From IMG/VR virus record IMGVR_UViG_3300003690_000002, positions 32,001 through 96,000 of that record: a stretch of DNA of 64,000 nucleotides. One strand, written 5' to 3'. The translations under genes were made by a program, and so were the position numbers. Positions 31,601-40,017 of the stretch are shown piece by piece. The stretch is from a virus. The notes beneath the pieces are model-generated. The model did not search any database, had not been told where the DNA came from, and saw nothing but the letters and a program-made list of their open reading frames with translations. Position 1 is the first letter of the stretch, and each line of letters starts with the position of its first letter.

Positions 31601-34600
31601 TAAATAAACCATGAGTCATCCAATATGTATAAAATGCTAATGCATTTGTGGTAGGAGAATCGCCAAAGTTCAAATGTATACAAGACAATCCTATGCCACA
31701 GAATGTCCCTGACCATGCTGGTGACTCCGGACTGTCTGGATCTCCATATGTCATTTGTATTAACTGCGGTGCGCCAAGAACCATTGCTTTTTTTACTACT
31801 TTAGTTTCTGATTCGGGTGCAGGCCCCAAAGTGTTATCACCATCATCAACTGCTCTGATTGCAGTTTGTGTCTCGCTATCTTCTTCGTCACCCCAGACAG
31901 ATGGTAATTTATGACCTGTAGCAACTGCCTTCGGATCGTTATGAAAAAGTATGTATGATATATTAAATGGATGACCAGCTAGGGTTATTGGGTCTTCATA
32001 ACCGGTTTCGTCGTTGGGGTCGTCTGGGTCTGGTGTAAAAGTTGTGAGAGTAACGCCCTCTATATCATAAAAACCAATCTCAATTTTATCTTCAAAATCT
32101 TCTCTAAGGGCAAATCCATTTTGCTTTAAAAATACTTCAAGATTTGCTACCCACGAATTTAATCGCTCGGCTTCTTTTTTAAGATCTATGGCGGGAACAA
32201 TCTCGTGGTGAGGTCCAGCGACGGCTGCTTGGTTTATATCTTCACTATACTTTTCAAGTATTTCAACAACAATAGCTATCTCTTTTCTAAAAGTCTTAGA
32301 ATTAATAACAGTCGTTCTTGAAGCGTTTTTTTGCGCAACTTCCATAAGAAGGCTTGGGTCTTTCGGAGAAAGCGCATCGAAATATACTGCTGGCACTTTT
32401 ACCACAGCTCTTACTATGGTCCTGGTTTTTAGTTTCACATCCGCCTGAGCGCCAGCGTCGGGGGTGGTAGTGGTGATTGTGGGCACCGCGTTATAATCAG
32501 GGCGCTCATCATAAATGATATCATCTGCTGAGATTGGATCTACAATGCGATCTCCTGCATCAAGAAGCCACATAGCAGTTTGGGCATCTGATAAACTATC
32601 AATTGCTAAAGAAACAACGCCGTCCATTGTCTTGACGCCCTCAATGCCCCCAGCAGCCGTTGCTGCCGTCAAGATGGGCTCGGGTAATGCAACCCTGCCA
32701 GGTTGACCGGGAATACTGACGTCGGGGGGGAGTTTTTTAAAATGATACTGTAGAAGCTGGGTTAATCCAGATAATTGTATTTTTGCTAGTTCTCCTGAAC
32801 CAACTAATTCTTGTAATTTTAAAGTCGCGCTTCTCCACTTTTTAAAAGCTGTGGCGGATTCAAAATCTGGATATGTTTTTGTGACAGCATTATCTAACTG
32901 ACCTATCATGGCGCCCGCTATGCCCGCTCCAGGAAGACTCTCCAACTCTAACGTTAACGAGGGGGTGAGGTCAAAGCCGCCCGGTTCGTCGGTGGCGGGT
33001 GATACAAAACTTTCATCTGGAACTTGCCCCTGGCTCGCCAAGCTCTCCAGCCCTTTGTGCCCTGGTAGGGTCACTGGATACTCCTCCGAACTCTGGTGTG
33101 TACCATCTGGCCAATTTACTGTCATTGCTGCCGCATAAGATCCGCGACCCTTGGATATATCTAACTCTGCAAATACGCCTTTTGGCAGACCCTTCATCAT
33201 AAATCCAGATTCTTGAACCTCTTTTATTTTTACTTTCCAATCGATTGGCATATCGCCAGAGGTGATCATTCCATCATTATCTATTGCTTTTACTCTAGAC
33301 ATAGCAGCTTTGATTGCTTCATTATATGAAGCCTTAGCTTCGATTTCTGCTGCGATCTCTTCTGGGGTATTACTTAAATCTACTTCAACTGTGATACAAT
33401 ATCTATTAATTCTAGAATCATAAAAAGGTTGGCATGAATCTAAATTAATCCAATTTGGAGTTGTTGTTTTTTTCACAGTGGCAGTTGGCTTAGCAAGAGG
33501 AAGCCTGGGTTTGGATGATCGTCCTAATATAGCTTGTCCAAGCGGTTTTGTTTGGCTAACTTTAACATAAAGATTGGGCATCGCGATTGGATCATCGTCA
33601 TGAGATACTGTTACTCCAAATTTTTTTGTTGCAATAGATTTCATAAAAAGTTTATCATTATAAATTCTATGAAAATTAAGTTCTGGACCCACATAAAGAC
33701 TTCCAATAGATAAAGGCATCCCTGCTGGAATTGTTCCAATTTTATTGCCTTGCGTATCTACCGGGCTTGCATATATATCAACCCTCCCTGGTTCGAAAAA
33801 ATCGGGGATCGTTGTTTTAAAGTCTTTTTTAATTTTCTTCTTTTGTGTGTCAATGATACCCTTTTTGGTTTTGATTTTCGTTTTTAACGCTTTTATTTGG
33901 TTTGTCCATTGAACGTCTAAATTTGGACAATATGTACCCCCCCAACCTTTTAATTTGCTCTTTGCGCCTACTTGGACGTCGTCTGGACCCGCTCCAATGG
34001 AGCTTGCAAAAGTATCCTTTAATATCAACCCTGCTTCTTTAGCAGCTGCTGGGCTTTCAAAGCCCATTCCTGGCACCAGTGGGTGAGACAAGTGGATATT
34101 ATCTGGGAATCCTGCTGAAAGTATTTTTTGACTATCAACGTTTTGCCAAAAAGAATAAGCAAACATCTTTCCGTTTGGATACTTTTTTATAAAATTAATA
34201 TATTTTTTCTCGCCTTTTGTTAATAACTTCCACACCATAAGGGCTGTAACTGTTTTTCCGCCAGGGGTATCTGGTAGTGGCTGAAATCCGAGCGTTTTAT
34301 ATATAAGACTTATATATAAATTTATTCCATCCATCCGCACCTCGTTTTCAGTCGCGGCGTCCGCAGCGGTGGGCTCACCTTCTGAGCCTTCTTCGGGGTC
34401 GAGGGCATAGATTGCGGCGGACCCATCCCAAATTGTCTTGGGTGAGCGAATTAAATTAAGATGTGCAAAAACTTTGTCGTTATCGTACTCAATAATTTGA
34501 TAAACTTTCCCTTTTACCTTCGGATTGCCTTTCTGTGCTTTTGATATCCATTTACCTGTAGGTGAAAAGCTATCTAATTGATTTTTTAAAAGACTTACTG

Positions 34601-35159
34601 ATTCCAACTCGGCTATAAGTGTAAATAGCTCCTCGTAAGTATCATAAATTGTATCTAAATTGTTCGCTATTATTGCATTTACTACTGATGGAGCTGTCGC
34701 ATAATGTGTCGCCGTTTCTGGAAGTTCTATAATGCTTTTTATCTTCGTGCCAATATCTTCTTTATATAGGGTATAAACACCATGTACAACCGGGCTGTTA
34801 AAAGCGCCTTTTGCGCCATCAGCCCACATAAAATATTCTTTAAACGTTTCCAATGTTTTGTCACCAGCTGGTGTGGATCTTATATCCTCAAGCATGTGAT
34901 CGGCAGACGACGGCTGGTATTCCAAATCGATAGGCGTCTCAGGGGCGAGATCCGTCGCTATAGCCCAGTCGTTGGTGAGCGGCTGACCGGGCGTGGTGCC
35001 ATTTCTTGCTATCCAGCTGCTCTGTCCCTTGTTTTTCTTTCCTCCGGCGCCAATTGAATATACTATTTCATCTTTTACACCATTCAACCCCTTTGGACAA
35101 ACAACTACATATAGTATAGGCTTTTTATTCTCACGAATAAATTTATGTGACATTCCCAT
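25647..35159 (-). CDS. giant hypothetical protein (3170 aa), probably virion/baseplate-associated
   Basis: Uninterrupted 3170-codon ORF between the spike genes and gp25. Coiled-coil segment at about 30620-31000, acidic and Thr/Ala/Pro-rich linkers, and an Ig-like YTLxxxDIGxxI motif near the N-terminus. Confidence 0.55.
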   Translation of the reverse strand: MGMSHKFIRENKKPILYVVVCPKGLNGVKDEIVYSIGAGGKKNKGQSSWIARNGTTPGQPLTNDWAIATDLAPETPIDLEYQPSSADHMLEDIRSTPAGDKTLETFKEYFMWADGAKGAFNSPVVHGVYTLYKEDIGTKIKSIIELPETATHYATAPSVVNAIIANNLDTIYDTYEELFTLIAELESVSLLKNQLDSFSPTGKWISKAQKGNPKVKGKVYQIIEYDNDKVFAHLNLIRSPKTIWDGSAAIYALDPEEGSEGEPTAADAATENEVRMDGINLYISLIYKTLGFQPLPDTPGGKTVTALMVWKLLTKGEKKYINFIKKYPNGKMFAYSFWQNVDSQKILSAGFPDNIHLSHPLVPGMGFESPAAAKEAGLILKDTFASSIGAGPDDVQVGAKSKLKGWGGTYCPNLDVQWTNQIKALKTKIKTKKGIIDTQKKKIKKDFKTTIPDFFEPGRVDIYASPVDTQGNKIGTIPAGMPLSIGSLYVGPELNFHRIYNDKLFMKSIATKKFGVTVSHDDDPIAMPNLYVKVSQTKPLGQAILGRSSKPRLPLAKPTATVKKTTTPNWINLDSCQPFYDSRINRYCITVEVDLSNTPEEIAAEIEAKASYNEAIKAAMSRVKAIDNDGMITSGDMPIDWKVKIKEVQESGFMMKGLPKGVFAELDISKGRGSYAAAMTVNWPDGTHQSSEEYPVTLPGHKGLESLASQGQVPDESFVSPATDEPGGFDLTPSLTLELESLPGAGIAGAMIGQLDNAVTKTYPDFESATAFKKWRSATLKLQELVGSGELAKIQLSGLTQLLQYHFKKLPPDVSIPGQPGRVALPEPILTAATAAGGIEGVKTMDGVVSLAIDSLSDAQTAMWLLDAGDRIVDPISADDIIYDERPDYNAVPTITTTTPDAGAQADVKLKTRTIVRAVVKVPAVYFDALSPKDPSLLMEVAQKNASRTTVINSKTFRKEIAIVVEILEKYSEDINQAAVAGPHHEIVPAIDLKKEAERLNSWVANLEVFLKQNGFALREDFEDKIEIGFYDIEGVTLTTFTPDPDDPNDETGYEDPITLAGHPFNISYILFHNDPKAVATGHKLPSVWGDEEDSETQTAIRAVDDGDNTLGPAPESETKVVKKAMVLGAPQLIQMTYGDPDSPESPAWSGTFCGIGLSCIHLNFGDSPTTNALAFYTYWMTHGLFTRKPLSEVPWTEFVRRYIRTVPPVTIRWMATPRPSAPRAPEKISKEERNAQTERLERMMNNKPYKTATQKKTEEELLNENVKKWITLSQKPVAELVFDDLAKDFERDVQGVPELDHLYKNLLNRTDITMLASQLASCLSLDMTLEELLVIACKFVLDKIGFEEFVEAFKKAGYSDYLFREPDGILHQMMNNSEGLADAINQVHTNKKNHESKRQAINLQRLDAKAATLESYIAANEAYLEYEQLQTLLKEMKASLSLPLLATAPDAMSEYELDQWSYTVAPQLQELKNLELDLENQRLIVKGLEAEERSNRAKEKKLKQNLKDHNLNTPLYANLNPGSDNLEYANQRFLDALKFLDDLAKKGLCQKMSIIFPKVGKLIAPYLNRKGLKNVEEAAEGAIKGEPTSEKKEEEKAKDAQEGAKNADEAMSNKASELPQIKTRIPETINMEDLNKWFYKKLEKFLIDLLTDLILDGIKWVLEELLAACQWLRDKLAGLFDEEEYVEQENLMDLINQASDYNNDNYNLAAAANILAKFGLNFDINTLPAMLEDISLVLLPTELCDMLQGNASSTTVRRVQNIIKAKYPHLAEQLRSRNKVIDLFVEFGKIVNLDFCELLNPLSAFLEHPAIDECDLINVEKTFRDQLGTNNLDPELVRLQLDSAKKRKSEQIRNLMGFMENPDIEIDFPCIGGAAVPLPASSQYSNEVAMDGMYRTVSLSFNGDVESFVPLMILSSRGVSVMDMQTTNTLQSLAGGTETSPESMLADMKVKKAKVLPELREKLIDRNSIYAKNAYIETGVAAAMTTIAFAPDGWMSGKKIILRLPHQSSDISAITKFVKGKWQLSLEDGISQVAYPQRDAMFTAPTFNETDIIGASYHGEGNPEYSPQAELFSQAIMAGLGFANSNIVSNNHIINFTAMIKKKLYQKTLKGVLLQIARDITNSKVFEEPTLRKLEGAFTPSVGMDIGDIVEDNCLLEGDLLQISKSPGLADQIMQELACITKDFSAITANIPGLQPVDKVFNLANMEVIIRLLIRLHVLEAILKNIFLFSEFNSKDIFDDKIFMEYLINLIPDTLDDDKDRMRLGSPPLSEQFFLHLQYAIERMRKLGYVFKDSLGNPIEIKDSADAVRYIAQGDFTDLNEKFEVPLRKVSANTYNSINEAFSKLIFSSDALEIYDTPIYSPIFYQTAITTHTAPGTDTPSQTETKSNAKTNHWVGGFLDDFVPTFDHALESRFAAPAGVPEVKANQKALEGIVSAVSEDRTNERMYGKFILERYVKISGELNDEKEIYWTDAAAKTVNKVPKYPHLLEKGHLLGSQGHAYQMFLECITRRARPSTSYSGLKKGDIQEWGLRSAHGPATVSFPSVTEGTKPSSVKDLSPYIPWGAKLSAKYFEETTELSPPGAASDTVKIRYTYSVPSKTHNYYGVVNIKEWMRYINWAMPGFENLVKWRKNMALYNTSDADGNPINSWIVDIDSMPPEQQEYHTSENSVDAYKDSLENYPQILDLTYSDVFKEAKYGLRLVYIMPTQNELENTYEMAKEDIDKIIKNDNDLTLSLTNMMKINYPEGAIMEGRGLLGDLGSLGWEGSQASDKGKQNAGSPHTEGTYEVPRNVHNKSYYVYHNPIERWSLNEWAQGEIAAKAKQRYKFIPVPLISIEIPIEDTFRTDLDITYPEAELLKKLHQTETWKNLFSEQASWLIQQPIQPDDGVANESSPIGGITGTTTGQSPPSGDTIETATDTPGETTTGATATAAAAGLPDSAFPLKKLMTLFAIYNHRHMSDIDLLDETFASTKNSLMQLFDMLLNSDDYTFEAAGQNQPPEQLKEQKALGIPNISFNLMSIITATPITMIRGIADLIDPKWKSGIPPPFGPGPWTPIGWATWAFCKYTNIYPDCKGKDSTDSPLEEPLCAQEEEELTDAILTTFGEDYNDLEPELRAWIDPVDDLQETAGTVAQEYAKKLAFEHGYYHGTGEGDVEAWVAAGCPGHPGGC

Positions 35160-35173
35160 TTTTTATATTCCTA

Positions 35174-36712
35174 TCAATTCGTATTGTTAAATCGGCTACA
35201 AATAAAATCTGCTCCGACTTGCTTTGTAAAATTGATTTTCCAAGCTATTAAATTTTTTCTATTTGTCGCAAGTGCAGTTTTTGTGCCCGATGCGGCTTTT
35301 ATTAATGCCAATGAGCCACCCTTCGCACAGTCCGTCGATGGAGTGGTGGGCTGAGCAAACCAAGGAGAAAAGTGCCAATGTGTTGCTACGGAGCTATTAA
35401 ACTTCATTTGATATAATACATGAGAGTCTAGTATTCCATTCAGTCCTTCTATATATTCAACTAATTTCTCAAATGCTCTGACGAGAGCTTCTCCTTTTAC
35501 TAATGGTTCTAGATCAGTATCATCATTTCCAGCGATTAAATCAATTCCAGCAACGCTTAACTTTCTTCCGCCTTGTGAATTTTTTGCATCTGTGCCAGTA
35601 ACAAGTTTTATTCCTTCGCGTGCAACTAATCTAATCCCATCGGCTTTTAAGCCAATTGCTGAACGAGGTATCGGATTACCCACACTACCAGCAACCAGCC
35701 CAAAATGTTCATCAATTTTAGTTTTTTGACTCATATAAATCCTTGCAGAGTCAATTTTAAAGTTTGGATCCGCATATATTTTTTCACCGCCTAAATTAAC
35801 AGATCTAGGTCTAGCCCCCATCATTCCAACACAAAGATCTATACATCCAGCCTGGGTGTGTCCTAGTCCGCCATAGCCGCTCATTCTACTGGCTGGTCTA
35901 TCTCTCCCCAAAATTATCCAGGCGTTGTGATCGTTTTTAATAACATTTTCTGATGGGGTATCGATACGATATGGAACTGGCTCGTTAAGCTTATCTCCAG
36001 CAATACCTTTATCTACGCCTTTTAATTCTTGCGGCGTATTTTCTTCCATTGCTAAAACAGATGCAGGTAAGCCATCTTTTAAAACAGCTTTTTTTGAGTT
36101 AAACGTTCTTGGATCGTAATTTGGTGGCATATCTATTGTTGGTATGTCGAAAGCTACAGGGTCTTCCCCTTTCATTGTCTGGCTTGCGCTTTTTAATTGC
36201 TTTTTAATTTCTTTTATAGAGTCAATAGCATCATCGTGAAATTGCGCTTTGTCAGGAAAAACGTCTTCTACTGCACTTCCAGGTACTATAACGTTCGGAT
36301 TAACTGTGGATTTAACTTTTGATAGTTCTTCTTCGGTTTTAGGAGTAATTGCTATAACTGCCGCTGCGGATGGTGTTTTTAGGGCAGCCTCCTTTTCTTC
36401 TAGTATTAATTTTTGATTCTTTATATCTTGTTCTAAAGCTTCCATCTCTTTTTTTACTGCTTCGTCTGGAACCAGGGTTCCGCCACTTCCAGGTGTGCCC
36501 AATAAAGCACCTTGAATTTTATAATTTGGATACATACTTTTATAGTTGGGTAAGATGACGGTTTCTGCTATTTTCTGAACAGAGGCTTTTTCACCAGTAA
36601 GACCCCATGCTTGTACTATAAGAGAAGTTGCTACTTCAACTACTCGTATGTCGGCGCGAGATATAGAACCAATATCAAAATTGCTAATTATTATAAGATA
36701 GTCTGCTGCCAT
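35174..36712 (-). CDS. putative central spike C-terminal part (gp5C/gpV-like beta-rich region with HxH motif)
   Basis: Short beta-strand repeats (DSARIYMSQKT, SAIGLKADGIRLVAREGIKLVTG), PLVKGEALVRAFEKLV, and a C-terminal THWH (HxH at 35372-35380). Directly downstream of the OB-fold gene. Confidence 0.55.
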   Translation of the reverse strand: MAADYLIIISNFDIGSISRADIRVVEVATSLIVQAWGLTGEKASVQKIAETVILPNYKSMYPNYKIQGALLGTPGSGGTLVPDEAVKKEMEALEQDIKNQKLILEEKEAALKTPSAAAVIAITPKTEEELSKVKSTVNPNVIVPGSAVEDVFPDKAQFHDDAIDSIKEIKKQLKSASQTMKGEDPVAFDIPTIDMPPNYDPRTFNSKKAVLKDGLPASVLAMEENTPQELKGVDKGIAGDKLNEPVPYRIDTPSENVIKNDHNAWIILGRDRPASRMSGYGGLGHTQAGCIDLCVGMMGARPRSVNLGGEKIYADPNFKIDSARIYMSQKTKIDEHFGLVAGSVGNPIPRSAIGLKADGIRLVAREGIKLVTGTDAKNSQGGRKLSVAGIDLIAGNDDTDLEPLVKGEALVRAFEKLVEYIEGLNGILDSHVLYQMKFNSSVATHWHFSPWFAQPTTPSTDCAKGGSLALIKAASGTKTALATNRKNLIAWKINFTKQVGADFICSRFNNTN

Positions 36713-36738
36713 TTATATTCTTGTATCCTTTATGTTTT

Positions 36739-39705
36739 TTATAATTTTAATCCAGGTTGACGCCACCCGTCTGGTAGGGCTTTAATATACTCTTTAGTTA
36801 TTATTATTGGCTGCACTTCCATTGAGGCTAAATCTGGAAAGTGCTTTCCTTTATTAGTCCAACCCTGCACGTTTCCAGTATGATTACCATAAAGGTGACT
36901 GCGCAGTAGGAATCCACCCTTTACTTGACCTTTGCTTGAATATCGATCAACTTTGCGGGAAAAGTAATTCCATAGACCCATCCATTTATTGTAAAAAACC
37001 GCAGGTGTACAATATTTAGACATTTGACCATTTCTTTTCCCCTCTGCAGCTGTGATGCCGTTGATGCCCTGACAACCTGTTCCAGTCGCAGGCAGCTTTG
37101 ATCTTTTAGATCTACACCCGCCATGACATCTATATTTAACACCTTCTACCCCAGTCGATACTGCTGTCTGCCCGTAATTGGAATAAGCATTTCTCCAATC
37201 TGACCAACCCTTACTCCAACCAGGCGAGGCACTAGTACCAAGCGGATCGCCCCAGGGCTGACCTGCTTTAGCTCTCTTCATGAAGTTTGGACCTCCTGCT
37301 GGTCCTTGTTGGTGTAACATATACAGGTGTGCTCCATTTACCTCATACCCCATCGCCAATAATATTCTTTTACTACCCATCATCATCTTTACTGTCATCA
37401 TTGCCTGATTGTGTGGGTTTAGCCAATGCTCTAGATCTTTTACAGCGCGGACTTTATTCTGCGCCTTGGATCCTGGACCTCCTGATACCCACGATGGATA
37501 GCCATGTGCCCACAGTCCGGAATATCCATTTTTGCCCATACTGTTTATATAGCCTCCTGATTCAATCAAGCACTTCACTCGTAACATGCCTGCTACGTCG
37601 GGGGCGGACATGCCGAGGCCGGGGGCAGCCCAGACTGCCGCCTTTTCTATAGCGTCTTCAACGACTGGCACCAAAGCTCTAGAAGCTGCATTTGGATATG
37701 CCACGGCCGCTGCGCCTGCAATACCGCCGACACCGCCGCCAGTTGCGCTACCTGGTCCGCAGGCAAGCGAGCCCAATGCTGCAGCTAATATAGAGACAGG
37801 ATCTACTGGAGCAGGGGGGGCAGGGATTGGTGTTGTTTCGATTGTTGTTTCTGGTACCTTGGCTACACCTAGTGATTTTAACTGCTCCTCATATTGCTTT
37901 AACTGAGATTTCAACTTTAGAACTGTAGGCTCTCGCTCCTTAAGATAATGCTGAGCATCTTTGTATTGTTTGTCGGTGGGCGTAGCGGTGCCGCCCATCA
38001 ACTGGAGCGCTCCAGCGTGCACATCGCTGTCAGCTAAGGACTTGTCTGGGGTGGCTTGCGAGAGGAATTCCTTTCTTTTGAGCAGGTACATATTAGCTCT
38101 CCTAACAATGTCCCTTAATGGGTCATTCTCGGTTTTGTATCCGGCGATCTGCTCTTTGTGTTCTTTTACTTTAGCTTTTAGTGTTGCAGCTGTGGTATCG
38201 GCGGCGGGGCTAGCTATGCCTTCGGCGGGTTTCGTTACAATCTGATCTACTCCGGGTACTGCTTTCTCAGCAGAACCGGGCATAACTGTTTGACCAGCAC
38301 CCCTAGCTTGAAATATCGTTTCTAGTGTTCTTGTGTATGCCTCCGCAGCGGCTTTGCCACAATGTATCCCATCTCCAATTGGATGACCAGGTATCATACC
38401 AGGACCAACAAGAGAGTGCACTTGAGCTAAATTTAGAAGTACAACATATTTTTCATCTTTTAACTGTTCAAACATATTTTTTGTTACAATTTGCCGACTT
38501 TTAGCGTATGGAATATATTTCGGGTCGTCTCTATATTTATTTCCAGGCTTTATCCCGCTTCCGGCTGGGGGGGTGTATTTGCGGCAGCATGCCCACTTAT
38601 GGCTTAGAGAGGCGGGGCGGACGCCTGCCGGGACAACACCATTAAAAAGTATTGTTGCCTTTGGGGCTGCGGCTTTAACTGCTTGGCAAAGCTCTTTAAC
38701 TTTTTCTAACCCTTTGCCTTTTGAAAAAGACAGTGAGTCATTGCCTCCAAGATTTATCCATACCAATCTCGTAGTTGGATCTTTTAACTGAAGATGGATT
38801 TTACTCCACTGATGTCCGAGTTTGCTTTTAGTCCAATCACGATTTTTTGTGCTTGGGAGCCAGTGTCTGTGACCTGACCCGGCTTTGCCATGGCGGTAAG
38901 TTTTCCACCCTTTTGATTTAAACCATGCTTGTGTAGCCTTGCCGAGGTGTCCAGAGCACTGACTATCGCCAAATAATACAACTTTTTCATTTTTTGTTAC
39001 ATTTAAATTTGGCAATCCTGTGTGTCTTAAATTTTCTGGCACTTGTGACCATGTTGCTGTCGGTGTTGGTACTGTCTGCAATGAACCCTGCGTACATAAG
39101 CCAATCTGTGGGGAAGTCAGGGCTGCTCCAGCTGTTGCAACCTCGGCGATGGGTTTGATATATATTCCATCGCGAAATTCTGTTTTGTTTTTAAAATCGA
39201 CCCAAACCAAACTTCCAACTTTTGGTTCCTCTACTCTGTTACTTTGAGCAATAAAAGTTGGGTACATCTCAATTATTTGTTGATGATTTCCTTCGGCAGC
39301 CCTGATATCTCCATATTGCGAAGGATCCGGATACATAGCGTGTATTTCTGGTATTCGTACCCTTATTTTTACTAAATGTGTTTGTACGGCTTCTTCGGTT
39401 CGTTCTGGCATAAGACCTGCTAGGGCTCTAAAAAGTTTTGTTATTGGATCGAAACCTTGGCGTGTTGGCTTTCCTTTATTTGCTGTTCTTTCCCCTGCTC
39501 CAACATCAACTCTAAGTACTTGTCCAATATATGGACCAGTGCCTTCTAGCCCTTTTGGTCTAAAAGTTTCTCGCGCAGTTGCCGCAGTAATATCCCATAG
39601 GCTATGCCGTTTATTATCCATCAGTGGCTCTATTAGGGGTTTGTTTACATCATTAAGTACGCCAAAAGGAAAAATCTTTGCTGACTCATTTTTTGCTTTA
39701 CTCAC
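36739..39705 (-). CDS. baseplate hub/spike protein: gp5-type OB-fold + SGNH/GDSL hydrolase + lysozyme-like (lytic transglycosylase) domain
   Basis: OB-fold: YIGQVLRV...VKIRVRIPE...PKVGSLVWVDF. SGNH blocks: LFGDSQ (GDS at 38962-38970), GKAGSG, NLGGNDS, GDGIH (DGIH at 38362-38373). Lysozyme-like: CLIESGG...SGLWA...YMLHQQGPAGG (about 37000-37650). Confidence 0.7.
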   Translation of the reverse strand: MSKAKNESAKIFPFGVLNDVNKPLIEPLMDNKRHSLWDITAATARETFRPKGLEGTGPYIGQVLRVDVGAGERTANKGKPTRQGFDPITKLFRALAGLMPERTEEAVQTHLVKIRVRIPEIHAMYPDPSQYGDIRAAEGNHQQIIEMYPTFIAQSNRVEEPKVGSLVWVDFKNKTEFRDGIYIKPIAEVATAGAALTSPQIGLCTQGSLQTVPTPTATWSQVPENLRHTGLPNLNVTKNEKVVLFGDSQCSGHLGKATQAWFKSKGWKTYRHGKAGSGHRHWLPSTKNRDWTKSKLGHQWSKIHLQLKDPTTRLVWINLGGNDSLSFSKGKGLEKVKELCQAVKAAAPKATILFNGVVPAGVRPASLSHKWACCRKYTPPAGSGIKPGNKYRDDPKYIPYAKSRQIVTKNMFEQLKDEKYVVLLNLAQVHSLVGPGMIPGHPIGDGIHCGKAAAEAYTRTLETIFQARGAGQTVMPGSAEKAVPGVDQIVTKPAEGIASPAADTTAATLKAKVKEHKEQIAGYKTENDPLRDIVRRANMYLLKRKEFLSQATPDKSLADSDVHAGALQLMGGTATPTDKQYKDAQHYLKEREPTVLKLKSQLKQYEEQLKSLGVAKVPETTIETTPIPAPPAPVDPVSILAAALGSLACGPGSATGGGVGGIAGAAAVAYPNAASRALVPVVEDAIEKAAVWAAPGLGMSAPDVAGMLRVKCLIESGGYINSMGKNGYSGLWAHGYPSWVSGGPGSKAQNKVRAVKDLEHWLNPHNQAMMTVKMMMGSKRILLAMGYEVNGAHLYMLHQQGPAGGPNFMKRAKAGQPWGDPLGTSASPGWSKGWSDWRNAYSNYGQTAVSTGVEGVKYRCHGGCRSKRSKLPATGTGCQGINGITAAEGKRNGQMSKYCTPAVFYNKWMGLWNYFSRKVDRYSSKGQVKGGFLLRSHLYGNHTGNVQGWTNKGKHFPDLASMEVQPIIITKEYIKALPDGWRQPGLKL

Positions 39706-40017
39706 TTATCCAGACTCCTGAATTAAGTCGAATAGTTCGTTTTTGTCTTTTTCTGTGAGGTCTTCAGAAGAACTTGTTTTTTTATGCAATAATGAGGTTA
39801 TTTTAACTAATTGTTCATTGGATCTTTGTAGTGTTTCTACATATTTAGCGGCTATAGATCCGAGATCTTTGTGTGTTTCATGTGAAGTAGTGGAATTTTT
39901 AATTTGTACGATGACATCGGACAGGAGGTCTGCTGTCACAGTGCGATCATTTCTAATATTTAAAATTGCTTCTTCTAGATACGATTCAACATCTTCACTT
40001 CCTATACGTCGTCCCAT
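39706..40017 (-). CDS. hypothetical protein (helical)
   Basis: 103 aa, co-oriented with and abutting both neighbours. No family recognised. Confidence 0.6.
   Translation of the reverse strand: MGRRIGSEDVESYLEEAILNIRNDRTVTADLLSDVIVQIKNSTTSHETHKDLGSIAAKYVETLQRSNEQLVKITSLLHKKTSSSEDLTEKDKNELFDLIQESG

Noticed and set aside
25647-35159. Calling the 3170-aa protein a tape measure protein
   Set aside because: It lacks the long regular Ala/Gly/Leu-rich helical periodicity of tape measure proteins. The coiled coil is limited to a short part, and the rest is Pro/acidic and mixed alpha/beta.
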